From assembly GCA_964195125.1 (NCBI GenBank), contig CAXMPL010000060.1, positions 1 to 38,219 of the forward strand: DNA of 38,219 nucleotides, given 5' to 3'. Both the position numbers and the translations under genes were made by a program. Every line of letters begins with the position of its first letter. Positions within the stretch are counted from its first letter, which is position 1. This document shows positions 17,204-24,939 of the stretch, piece after piece. The notes below the pieces were generated by a model. The model searched no databases. It was given only the letters and a program-made list of their open reading frames with translations, and was not told the DNA's origin. This DNA comes from an uncultured Kiloniellales bacterium (GTDB lineage Bacteria; Actinomycetota; Acidimicrobiia; Spongiisociales; UBA5794).

Positions 17204-17238
17204 CAAGTACCAAGTACGAAGTACGAAGTACCAAGTAC
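17204..17238. repeat. Heptamer tandem repeat CAAGTAC CAAGTAC GAAGTAC GAAGTAC CAAGTAC (5 units)
   Basis: Read directly. It begins on the nucleotide after the MaoC TAG stop, between convergent genes. It is much more AT-rich than its surroundings. Confidence 0.9.
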
Positions 17239-17290
17239 TAGGCCAGCGGCCTCAGCCGGTTGCTTCTGGCGCTTCCGGCGAAGGTAGCCG

Positions 17291-18478
17291 CTACGACTCA
17301 GGGATCGCCACGATTCGGTGCAGCTCGCCTTCTTGGGTCGCGACCAGCACCTCGCCTTCGGCGTCGACTCCGAACGTCGTGATGTGCCCGAGTCGGCCGA
17401 GGTCGGCCTCCCAGTCGTACTCGGCGATGATCTCGCTTCCGTCGAATATCAACGAGCGGACCCATCCGACGCAGTAGTCCCCATAGAAGTATTGGCCCTC
17501 CAGTGCCGGGAGCTGGCGGCCCCGGTACACGGGACCGCCGACGACGGCGCACGCCCGCTGGTGGGGGATGATGAACGTCGGCGCCACCAGACCCTCCGCT
17601 TCGCAATCTTCCGCCTCGTAGCAGGCATCCCCCTCGCGGATCGCCCATCCGAAGTTGGAACCCGCCGCATCCATAGGTACTACGTTGATTTCCTCATACT
17701 CGTATTGGCCCACATCGGCGATATAGACGAAGCCGGCATCGAAGGTGAACCGCCACGGGTTCCTGAGCCCGTATGCCCACAGCTCGCGCGCCGAGCCTTC
17801 GGCGTCGACGAACGGGTTGTCCGGAGGCACGGCGTAAGGAACGCCGGCGTCGACGTCGAGACGCACGATCGCCCCGAGCAGGCTGGCGGTGTTCTGGCCG
17901 TGGCCGTCGGGATCCCCGATCCCGCCGCCGTCGCCGAGGCTGATCCACAGATAGCCGTCGGGGCCAAAAGCCATCCCGCCACCCTGGTGATATATGTGCG
18001 GCTGTTCGACGGTGAGGATCGGTGTGGCCGAGTCGATGATGACCTCATCCCCGTCCAGTGCGTAGGCAGCGACCTGGACATCGAACGACTCGCCGGTATA
18101 GAGCACGAACATGCGGTCGCCTTCGGTATCGAATGTGAACCCGAGCAGGCCCTGTTCCGAGGTCGTGCTGAACACGATGTCCCGGAGATCGAAGAAAGGA
18201 ACGATCGCGTCACCATCGATGAGCACGATCCGACCGAGCCGCTCGGCGACGTACACCCGGTCGTCACCAGCACGGTTGGCCAGGGCGACCGGTTCCTGGA
18301 GGGCGTCGGTGATGCGCTCGAGCCGGAGGTGCGGCACCTGGGTTGGCACGGTGGCCGTGGGCGCTTGCGCCTCGATCGGCGTGGTTGTCCCCAGGCCGGC
18401 CTGCTCCAGATTCGACGGCGACGCGCTACATCCCGCAGCGACGAGCGCAGCACCGACCAAAATCGCAGCCAGCCTCAT
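17291..18478 (-). CDS. PQQ-dependent (soluble glucose/sorbosone type) sugar dehydrogenase beta-propeller lipoprotein, copy 1
   Basis: Start reset to MRLAAILVGAALVAAGCS (lipobox) at 18478. Family blocks GLLGFTF, HQGGGMAFGPDGYLWISLGDGG, GLRNPWRFTFD, ADVGQ..YEEIN and NFGWAIREG. Confidence 0.85.
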   Translation of the reverse strand: MRLAAILVGAALVAAGCSASPSNLEQAGLGTTTPIEAQAPTATVPTQVPHLRLERITDALQEPVALANRAGDDRVYVAERLGRIVLIDGDAIVPFFDLRDIVFSTTSEQGLLGFTFDTEGDRMFVLYTGESFDVQVAAYALDGDEVIIDSATPILTVEQPHIYHQGGGMAFGPDGYLWISLGDGGGIGDPDGHGQNTASLLGAIVRLDVDAGVPYAVPPDNPFVDAEGSARELWAYGLRNPWRFTFDAGFVYIADVGQYEYEEINVVPMDAAGSNFGWAIREGDACYEAEDCEAEGLVAPTFIIPHQRACAVVGGPVYRGRQLPALEGQYFYGDYCVGWVRSLIFDGSEIIAEYDWEADLGRLGHITTFGVDAEGEVLVATQEGELHRIVAIPES

Positions 18479-18525
18479 CACCCGGACGCTAGAGGGGCAT
18501 TTGTCATATATGGGAGACTGGGACG

Positions 18526-18669
18526 ATGCCGTACGTGGAAGCGAACCAGCCGAAGTTTCACGACCTGGAAAGCGGGGACAGCCCGGTAGCGCGGTTCGTC
18601 CACGGGGTTCCCTTCGATGCGACGATGTGGAGCGAACAGCTCGACGGCCCGGCCGCCGCCGCGCTCTGA
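18526..18669 (+). pseudogene. 47-aa N-terminal remnant of an alpha/beta-hydrolase (haloalkane-dehalogenase-like) gene
   Basis: Hand translation gives MPYVEANQPKFHDLESGDSPVARFVHGVPFDATMWSEQLDGPAAAAL*. This matches the x-H-x-x-E-x-G-x-x-P-V-x-F-x-HG-x-P-x5-W N-terminal pattern of ~290-aa alpha/beta hydrolases. Its TGA overlaps the ATG of the next gene (TGATG). Confidence 0.4.
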
Positions 18670-19874
18670 TGAGACGAATCAGCGGTCTGGTGGCGGCGGC
18701 GGCATTGATAGCGGCTGCCTGTAGCCCGGAGGCGACGCCGACAACGCCTCCCTCGACGTCTGCACCAACCACGACAACGTCGGAAGGGCAGACCCCGGTC
18801 GGCTCGACCGAACCGCAGACATCGTCGACAACGACAGCCACGGAGACCACGATTTCGATCGCAGACACCGTGCTCGCCCTGGAGACGGTGGCGTCCGGGT
18901 TCGCTCGACCGGTGCTTGCCATCGCGTCGGGTGGCCGGCTCTTCGTCGTCGACCAACCGGGGCAGATCTGGGTGATCGATGAGGCGGACCCAGAAGTCTT
19001 CCTCGACATCCGTGACCGGGTGTTGTTCGGCGGGGAGCGGGGGCTGCTTGGTCTGGCTTTCCACCCCGAACATGATGACCTGCTCTATGTGAACTACACC
19101 GGCGACTCCGGGTCCACCATCGTGGCCGAATACCGGTTCGCCGTCGACGGGGCCGATCCGACGTCGGAGCGCACCGTGCTGCGAGTCGACCAGCCTGCCG
19201 GCAACCACAACGGCGGGTTGCTCGCCTTCGGCCCTGAAGGGAAGCTTTGGATCGGCATGGGTGACGGAGGCGGCTCCGACGACCGCTTCGGCCAGGCGCA
19301 GCGGGGAGACACGCTGCTTGGCGCGATGTTGCGCATCGAAGTCGGGCCTGAGGTGACTCCGTACGGAGTTGCCGGCGACTACGGGTTCGCGGCGGCTGAG
19401 GTGTGGGCCATCGGTCTGCGCAACCCATGGCGGTACGCCTTCGATGGCCGCGATCTGTGGATCGCTGATGTCGGTCAGAATGCGGTCGAAGAGATCAATC
19501 GGGTCTCGGTGGACGATCGCGGTCTGAATTTCGGGTGGCCGATCCATGAGGGGACTGATTGCTTCCGCCGAAGCCCAGCGTGCGGTGGCGACGAGTTCAC
19601 CTTGCCCGTCCATGAGTACCGGCACCCCGGTGGGTGTTCCATCACCGGGGGCTACGTGTATCGGGGCGAGGCCATCCCGCAGCTCAGCGGCCACTACTTT
19701 TTCTCCGATTTCTGTTCCGGGTTCATTCGCTCGATCGCGCCATCCGGCGAAGTATTCGACTGGACCGAACAGACCGACACCGTCGACGGTGTGACCTCGT
19801 TCGGTGTGGATGCCGACGGTGAGCTTCTCGTGGTCTCTTCGAGCGGCGTTGTGTACCGGGTGGTCGAGCGATGA
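18669..19874 (+). CDS. PQQ-dependent sugar dehydrogenase beta-propeller lipoprotein, copy 2
   Basis: Start reset to MRRISGLVAAAALIAAACS (lipobox), followed by a Thr/Ser/Pro linker. Family blocks GLLGLAFHP, HNGGLLAFGPEGKLWIGMGDGG, GLRNPWRYAFD, ADVGQNAVEEIN and NFGWPIHEG. Confidence 0.85.
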   Translation: MRRISGLVAAAALIAAACSPEATPTTPPSTSAPTTTTSEGQTPVGSTEPQTSSTTTATETTISIADTVLALETVASGFARPVLAIASGGRLFVVDQPGQIWVIDEADPEVFLDIRDRVLFGGERGLLGLAFHPEHDDLLYVNYTGDSGSTIVAEYRFAVDGADPTSERTVLRVDQPAGNHNGGLLAFGPEGKLWIGMGDGGGSDDRFGQAQRGDTLLGAMLRIEVGPEVTPYGVAGDYGFAAAEVWAIGLRNPWRYAFDGRDLWIADVGQNAVEEINRVSVDDRGLNFGWPIHEGTDCFRRSPACGGDEFTLPVHEYRHPGGCSITGGYVYRGEAIPQLSGHYFFSDFCSGFIRSIAPSGEVFDWTEQTDTVDGVTSFGVDADGELLVVSSSGVVYRVVER

Positions 19875-20743
19875 TCGCCGTTGTCGGTTCGGTGAATCGA
19901 GACTTGGTCATGATCTGCGACGCTTTGCCCGCCCCCGGCGAGACGGTGCTCGCTTCTGGCCATTTCGAGAGCCCAGGAGGGAAGGGAGCCAATCAGGCGG
20001 TAGCCGCAGCCCGGCTGGGAGCCCAAGTGGCGCTGGTGGGTCGAGTCGGTGACGACGATGCCGGACGGATGCTGGTCGAGGCGTTCGAGGAGGACGGGGT
20101 GGACGTCTCTCTGATTGCGGTGACCGACGCGGCGCCGACGGGGCTGGCGGTGATCACGGTCGACCGAGCAGGGGAGAACAGCATCGTGGGGAGCCCTGGG
20201 GCCAATTTGTTGGTCAGCAGCGCCGACATCGCCGGTGCTGGATCGCTGCTCGGGGCCGCGTCGGTCACGCTGCTCCAGTTGGAGATCCCTCTGCCGACCG
20301 TTACCGAGGCGGCGCACGCCGCAGGCGGCACCGTGATGCTGAATGCAGCGCCGGCGCGACCGCTCCCCGATGAGCTGCTCGATGCAGTCGATGTGCTGGT
20401 GGTAAATCGGTCCGAGCTCGAGACCTTCGTCGGCGGTAGCGATCCGGCCGCGGCGGCGCGGCTCGCGGTGCCGAGCACGGTGGTGACGATGGGCGCCGAG
20501 GGAGCTGCCGTGGTCACCGGGGATGTCGTCGTCTTGTTCCCAGCGCCTGAGGTCGACGTCGTGGATACCACCGGAGCCGGCGATGCCTTCTGCGGTGCCC
20601 TCGCCGCTGCCTTCGATGCCGGGATGGAGATGAGCGACGCGGTGAGCAGAGCCGTTGTGGCTGGTGCCCTGGCAACGACGGCCTTCGGTGCGCGGTCGGC
20701 GATGCCGATGGTGGAAGAACTGGAAGCTGCGCTGGATCGGTGA
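19871..20743 (+). CDS. rbsK: Ribokinase
   Basis: 290 aa. VVGSVNRDL, GGKGANQAVAAARLG, VNRSE and DTTGAGDAF anion-hole motif. The ATGA start overlaps the upstream stop. Confidence 0.88.
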   Translation: MIAVVGSVNRDLVMICDALPAPGETVLASGHFESPGGKGANQAVAAARLGAQVALVGRVGDDDAGRMLVEAFEEDGVDVSLIAVTDAAPTGLAVITVDRAGENSIVGSPGANLLVSSADIAGAGSLLGAASVTLLQLEIPLPTVTEAAHAAGGTVMLNAAPARPLPDELLDAVDVLVVNRSELETFVGGSDPAAAARLAVPSTVVTMGAEGAAVVTGDVVVLFPAPEVDVVDTTGAGDAFCGALAAAFDAGMEMSDAVSRAVVAGALATTAFGARSAMPMVEELEAALDR

Positions 20744-20754
20744 CTGGGCGAAGC

Positions 20755-20770
20755 CGTAATACGTAATACG
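20755..20770. repeat. Heptamer tandem repeat CGTAATA CGTAATA CG (twin of 10551)
   Basis: Identical 16-mer to 10551-10566. Again it starts 11 nt after a stop codon (rbsK TGA 20741-20743). Confidence 0.85.
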
Positions 20771-20800
20771 AACCGGCCCCGGTTTTTGCCGGGCCGGTTC
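20770..20800 (+). terminator. GC-rich hairpin, candidate intrinsic terminator after rbsK
   Basis: GAACCGGCCC (20770-20779) pairs perfectly with GGGCCGGTTC (20791-20800). The loop contains TTTTT. There is no 3' U-tract. Confidence 0.4.
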
Positions 20801-20829
20801 CGTTGTAGGGGGCACTGTATTCTCCGTTC

Positions 20830-21762
20830 ATGGGTCGTCCGATCATCATCGACGCCGATCCGGGTCAAGACGACGCCGTCGCCATCCTGCTGGCGCTGGC
20901 GTCGCCGGAGCTCGACGTCGTCGCCATAACCACCGTGGCCGGGAACGTCCCACAACCACTGGTGACCGCAAACGCGCTAGCCATGTGCGAGCTCGCCGGT
21001 CGCACAGATGTGCCTGTCTACAAAGGGGCCGACGGACCCCTGGAGCGCGAGCTGCACACCGCCGAATATGTCCATGGCCCCACCGGGATCGACGGGGCGG
21101 ATCTGCCAACACCAACAACGAAGGCGAAACGTGGCCACGCCGTCGACTTCATCATCGCGACATGTCTGAGCGCCGATGATCCGATCACGATCTGCCCAGT
21201 CGGCCCACTCACCAACCTTGCCGCCGCCATTGCCAGGCAGCCATCCATCGTTTCGACCATCCGAGAGGTTGCGCTGATGGGTGGCGGCTTCTTCGAGGGA
21301 GGCAATACGACCCCGGTCGCCGAGTTCAACATCTTCGTCGATCCTGAGGCTGCGAGCATTGTGTTCAACTCGGGTGTCCCACTCACCATGTTTCCGCTCG
21401 ATGTGACGCACAAGGCCCTCGTACTGCCGGACGACCTGAAGCGGTTTGGCGGTCTTGGGACCCAGGCCGGGACCGCGGTCGCCGGCATGATCGACTACTA
21501 CGAGCGCCATGACATGGAGAAGTACGGTTTCGCGGGTGCCCCGCTCCATGACCCCTGCGTGATCGCCTACCTGATCGAGCCGCAGCTTTTTGGGGGCAAG
21601 CCGTGTCGGGTGGACGTTGAGACCGAATCGGAGCTGACGATGGGGCAGACCGTGGTCGACTGGTGGGGGGTCACCGGTGCCGAGCCCAACGCCATGGTCA
21701 TCGACAGTGTCGACCGGCAAGGGTTCATCGACCTACTGGTCGAGCGGATCGGGGCGTTGTGA
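20830..21762 (+). CDS. Nucleoside hydrolase (inosine/uridine-preferring, IUNH family)
   Basis: 310 aa. N-terminal IIIDADPGQDDAVAI aspartate cluster, EFNIFVDPEAA and PLHDP. Confidence 0.88.
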   Translation: MGRPIIIDADPGQDDAVAILLALASPELDVVAITTVAGNVPQPLVTANALAMCELAGRTDVPVYKGADGPLERELHTAEYVHGPTGIDGADLPTPTTKAKRGHAVDFIIATCLSADDPITICPVGPLTNLAAAIARQPSIVSTIREVALMGGGFFEGGNTTPVAEFNIFVDPEAASIVFNSGVPLTMFPLDVTHKALVLPDDLKRFGGLGTQAGTAVAGMIDYYERHDMEKYGFAGAPLHDPCVIAYLIEPQLFGGKPCRVDVETESELTMGQTVVDWWGVTGAEPNAMVIDSVDRQGFIDLLVERIGAL

Positions 21763-22490
21763 GCCGGCCCGAGCTGTCGATCCCGCACCTGGAGCCACCG
21801 TTCGATCGGGCGCTCGCCGATGCGCTCGACTACGTATTCGACATCCACGACGACGTGGTATCGATCAACTTGGCGGGAAGTGTCTTTCGAGGAAAGGCCG
21901 ATCCGCGCAGCAACCTCGACCTCTATGTGATCATCGGCGGAGAGCTGCGGCACCGGGATCAGCGGTTCTTCGCCGGCGTGCCCGTCGAGATGTTCTTCAA
22001 CAATGAGGAGCGGTCCCGCGGCTACTTCGCGCAAGATCAACGCGAGGGCCGGGCACGAGCGGTGAGGTTGATGGCGTTCGGTCACGTCATCTACGACCCG
22101 GACCGGGTGTTCGCCCGGCTACGAACCGATGCGCTCGACGTGATGGAGCGTGGCCCGGCGGTGCCGGAGGAAACCGTCACTTTCAGGCGCTACGGAGCGG
22201 TCGATCAGATGGACAGCGCACTCGACGTCGCCGACCGCGATCCGGCCATGGCGCGGATCCTGGCCACGGAGGCCGTTTCGCAGGCGATCGCGGTGTGGTT
22301 CGTCGAACGCGGGGGCTGGATCCCGCGGGGAAAGGACCGGCTGCAAGAGCTGCGGACGGTTGATCCGGAAGCCGCGATCGCGGTGGAGCGGTTCATCGAC
22401 TCTGGGTCGGTCGCAGAGGCCGAGGAAGCCATTGCCGTGCTCCTCGGGGTCGGTGGATTCTTCGAGTGGGACTCTATCCCCGAGGTCTGA
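21759..22490 (+). CDS. Nucleotidyltransferase-fold protein with helical C-terminal domain (KNTase/ANT-like)
   Basis: GTG 21759 overlaps the hydrolase stop (GTGA). Minimal NTase motif AGSVFRGKADPRSNLDLYV (GS...DxD). About 243 aa, similar in size to kanamycin nucleotidyltransferase-type enzymes. Substrate unknown. Confidence 0.65.
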   Translation: MSRPELSIPHLEPPFDRALADALDYVFDIHDDVVSINLAGSVFRGKADPRSNLDLYVIIGGELRHRDQRFFAGVPVEMFFNNEERSRGYFAQDQREGRARAVRLMAFGHVIYDPDRVFARLRTDALDVMERGPAVPEETVTFRRYGAVDQMDSALDVADRDPAMARILATEAVSQAIAVWFVERGGWIPRGKDRLQELRTVDPEAAIAVERFIDSGSVAEAEEAIAVLLGVGGFFEWDSIPEV

Positions 22491-23946
22491 GCCACGCCCA
22501 CCAGCCGAGGGCTAAAGATCCGGCGAGGATCACAGCCGCCGCCGTCATGACGTCGGCGAACCCCGCTGCCTGGGCGGCTGCCGGCGCATCCGCCGCCGTG
22601 CCGCCGCCTGCGTAGCTAACGGTGCGGGCCGCCCACAGCGTGCCGAGCACGGCGATCCCGGTGACGGTTCCGGTGATGCGAGTGATGCTCAGCATTCCGG
22701 AGGTGATACCGAGCTTGGCGTGGGGCACCGCGCCCAGGATGGCGCTGTTGTTGGGCGAGTGGAAGATGCCGATGCCGAGGCCGACGATGAGGCCGACAAC
22801 GAAGATCGCCGTTGCGGTGGTGGCGCCTTCCAGCATGAAGGTGGCAGCGATGTAGCCGACAACCATGATGATCAGGCCGGCCACGGTTACCGGCCTCGAC
22901 CCGATCCGATCGGATAGGCCGCCGGAGAAAGGTGACACGATTCCCATCGTGATCGGTACCGCGGCCAGGACGAGCCCGATCCCTCGCGGCGACAACTCCA
23001 TGACATCGGTCAGGTAGAAGGGCGCGATCAGCAGCAAGCCCGCCAGGGCAAAAAACACAGTGAATCCGGTCACCAGATTCACCGACAGATCGCGGCTCCG
23101 GAACAGAGAGAGATCGACCATCGGGTGATCGATCCGCCGCTCCACGAGCACGAACGCCACCAGCGAGGTCGCCGCCGTCGCAAACAGAGCGAGGTTGACC
23201 GGGTTGGCGAAACCGATTTCCTGTCCGGCAGTCAGGCCGAGCAGCAGTGTGAGAAGCCCAACGAAGAACAGGCCGGCTCCCACGAAGTCGAAGCTCTCGC
23301 CTCCTTTCGGCTTGGTATTGGCCACGAACTTGATCGCGGTCAGCGTGCCCACGATCCCTATTGGGATGTTCACCAGGAAAATCCACTGCCACGATGCTGC
23401 CTCGAGGATGAACCCGCCGATGATCGGGCCGGCCATGATTCCGATCGAGGCGATGGTGGCGTTGACGCCGAGGGCCCTGCCGCGCTCGGATGGCGGGAAC
23501 GCCTCGGTGGTGATGGCGAAGCCGAGGGCGAAGATCATGGCAGCACCGACCCCCTGGAAGATCCGGGCGCCGATGAGGATCTCGATCGTCGGCGAGAAGG
23601 CGGCGAAAAGCGAGCCCAGGGTGAACACGGCAAATCCCGCAGTGAAGATCGGCTTCTTGCCGATCATATCGCCGAGCCGGCCGAAGCCGAGCACGAGCGT
23701 TGTCTGGGTCAGCAAATAGGAGAGCACCACCCATTGGGCGACGGCGAACGTCGTGTCGAAGTCGTCAACGAGGGTGGGGAGGGCAACGTTGAGCATGGTG
23801 CCGTCCACCGTGCCAAGGAAGATGGCCATGGCGATAGCGACGAGCACGTACCATTTCTTGGAGTAGTCGATGCCCTCAGGCGGGGTCTCAACGCGGGGCT
23901 CCGCTTCTTCGATGGCCATCGGCGGAGGGTAGGGGAGCGTCGTCAT
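22474..23946 (-). CDS. MFS transporter, DHA2 (EmrB/QacA, 14-TMS) family
   Basis: 490 aa. LGTVDGTMLNVALPT, GRLGDMIGKKP (motif A) and many hydrophobic spans. The 3' end overlaps the convergent NTase gene by 17 nt. Confidence 0.88.
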   Translation of the reverse strand: MTTLPYPPPMAIEEAEPRVETPPEGIDYSKKWYVLVAIAMAIFLGTVDGTMLNVALPTLVDDFDTTFAVAQWVVLSYLLTQTTLVLGFGRLGDMIGKKPIFTAGFAVFTLGSLFAAFSPTIEILIGARIFQGVGAAMIFALGFAITTEAFPPSERGRALGVNATIASIGIMAGPIIGGFILEAASWQWIFLVNIPIGIVGTLTAIKFVANTKPKGGESFDFVGAGLFFVGLLTLLLGLTAGQEIGFANPVNLALFATAATSLVAFVLVERRIDHPMVDLSLFRSRDLSVNLVTGFTVFFALAGLLLIAPFYLTDVMELSPRGIGLVLAAVPITMGIVSPFSGGLSDRIGSRPVTVAGLIIMVVGYIAATFMLEGATTATAIFVVGLIVGLGIGIFHSPNNSAILGAVPHAKLGITSGMLSITRITGTVTGIAVLGTLWAARTVSYAGGGTAADAPAAAQAAGFADVMTAAAVILAGSLALGWWAWLRPRG

Positions 23947-24040
23947 TCCCGGGTCGTGCCTTGGTCAGCTCCGGCGAGCTTGGTACACCGCGCCATCAGA
24001 TGACGGAGCTCACGGTCTTCGCCCGGCTACTCGCTGATCG

Positions 24041-24862
24041 TCAACCGGTCAGCGTGATATAGATCAGGAGCTCGCCGCCGCCCTCCTCGACCTGGACGAG
24101 CACATCGACCGGCGTCGCCGACAGGAAGCTGGCCACGCGCGCTCCTGCCGACCCTGCGACATTCAGCGGTGCTTGGTCGAGTATCCCTTCGTAGTAGGAA
24201 ACGGTCTCGTCGAAGGAGGCCGTCGATGTGAAGATCTTGATGCCAGAGGCGTCACGGAAGAACACCGCTCCTGGTGCAACCAGGTCGTCAGGGAGACCCG
24301 TATCGGATGCCGCTCCTGCATCGGGCGATTGGGCTCCGGCATCGCCGTTGGTGCCGCCAGCCTCGAGCCCGCAAAACTCGTCGAGGGCGTCGGCTGCGCT
24401 CAGCACCTCAGGCGACTCCATCCGGAGAATGCGGGGGTCGTTCACGTCGATTGCGAGCATGTCCCAGCCGCTCTCCTCGAGCGCCACCACCAGGCCCTCG
24501 AATGCGGAGGCGAGCGTGTCGTACGCGCCCCTGATGTCACTGGGAACCAGATCGCGCGCCTGGCGGATGGCGTCCAGAGAGTCCTTGATCGACTTTTCGA
24601 CGCTTGCAGGGTCGAAGACGTCCATCGTCTCCGCCGCCGTGTCCTGAGCCGCAATAAAGTCGCAGAATCCGTTGTCCCCGGCGGCGGCCGCTACGTCGGC
24701 CGTCGTGGTCGGTGCCACGCTCGTTGTTGTCACGCTCGTTGTTGTCACGGAGGTTTCAGGCTCCGTCGCCAGTGCGGTAGTGGGCGCATCGTCCGAGGTC
24801 GCCCCGCCGCAGGAAGCCGCCACGACGGCCAGCGCGATGCTCAACATACCGATTCGGCTCAT
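24041..24862 (-). CDS. Lipoprotein of unknown function
   Basis: Start set at MSRIGMLSIALAVVAASCGG (lipobox). A Thr/Ser-rich linker contains an exact SVTTT SVTTT duplication. No recognisable catalytic motif. The track start 24931 is upstream. Confidence 0.6.
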   Translation of the reverse strand: MSRIGMLSIALAVVAASCGGATSDDAPTTALATEPETSVTTTSVTTTSVAPTTTADVAAAAGDNGFCDFIAAQDTAAETMDVFDPASVEKSIKDSLDAIRQARDLVPSDIRGAYDTLASAFEGLVVALEESGWDMLAIDVNDPRILRMESPEVLSAADALDEFCGLEAGGTNGDAGAQSPDAGAASDTGLPDDLVAPGAVFFRDASGIKIFTSTASFDETVSYYEGILDQAPLNVAGSAGARVASFLSATPVDVLVQVEEGGGELLIYITLTG

Positions 24863-24939
24863 CACAAACCTCCCCAGACCGCAATTGACGGCATACCGTA
24901 ACGCGTTCCTGTCGCACCCCGTCGGTACCATCGCGCCCT

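Noticed and set aside
16667-17206. N-terminal 180 aa of track ORF 15881..17206. Analogous over-extensions are 18479..19009, 18111..18668, 21663..21758, 27548..27604 and 37396..37482.
   Set aside because: The extensions run antisense through, or overlap, well-supported neighbouring genes. They precede obvious true N-termini: a Rossmann motif, lipoprotein signal peptides, and start/stop-overlap start codons.
10551-20770. The identical 16-nt direct repeats read as att-like borders of a 10-kb inserted island.
   Set aside because: No integrase, transposase or tRNA lies inside or beside the segment. The gene content is ordinary metabolism with composition similar to the flanks. The repeat is better explained as one member of the pervasive intergenic heptamer-repeat layer.
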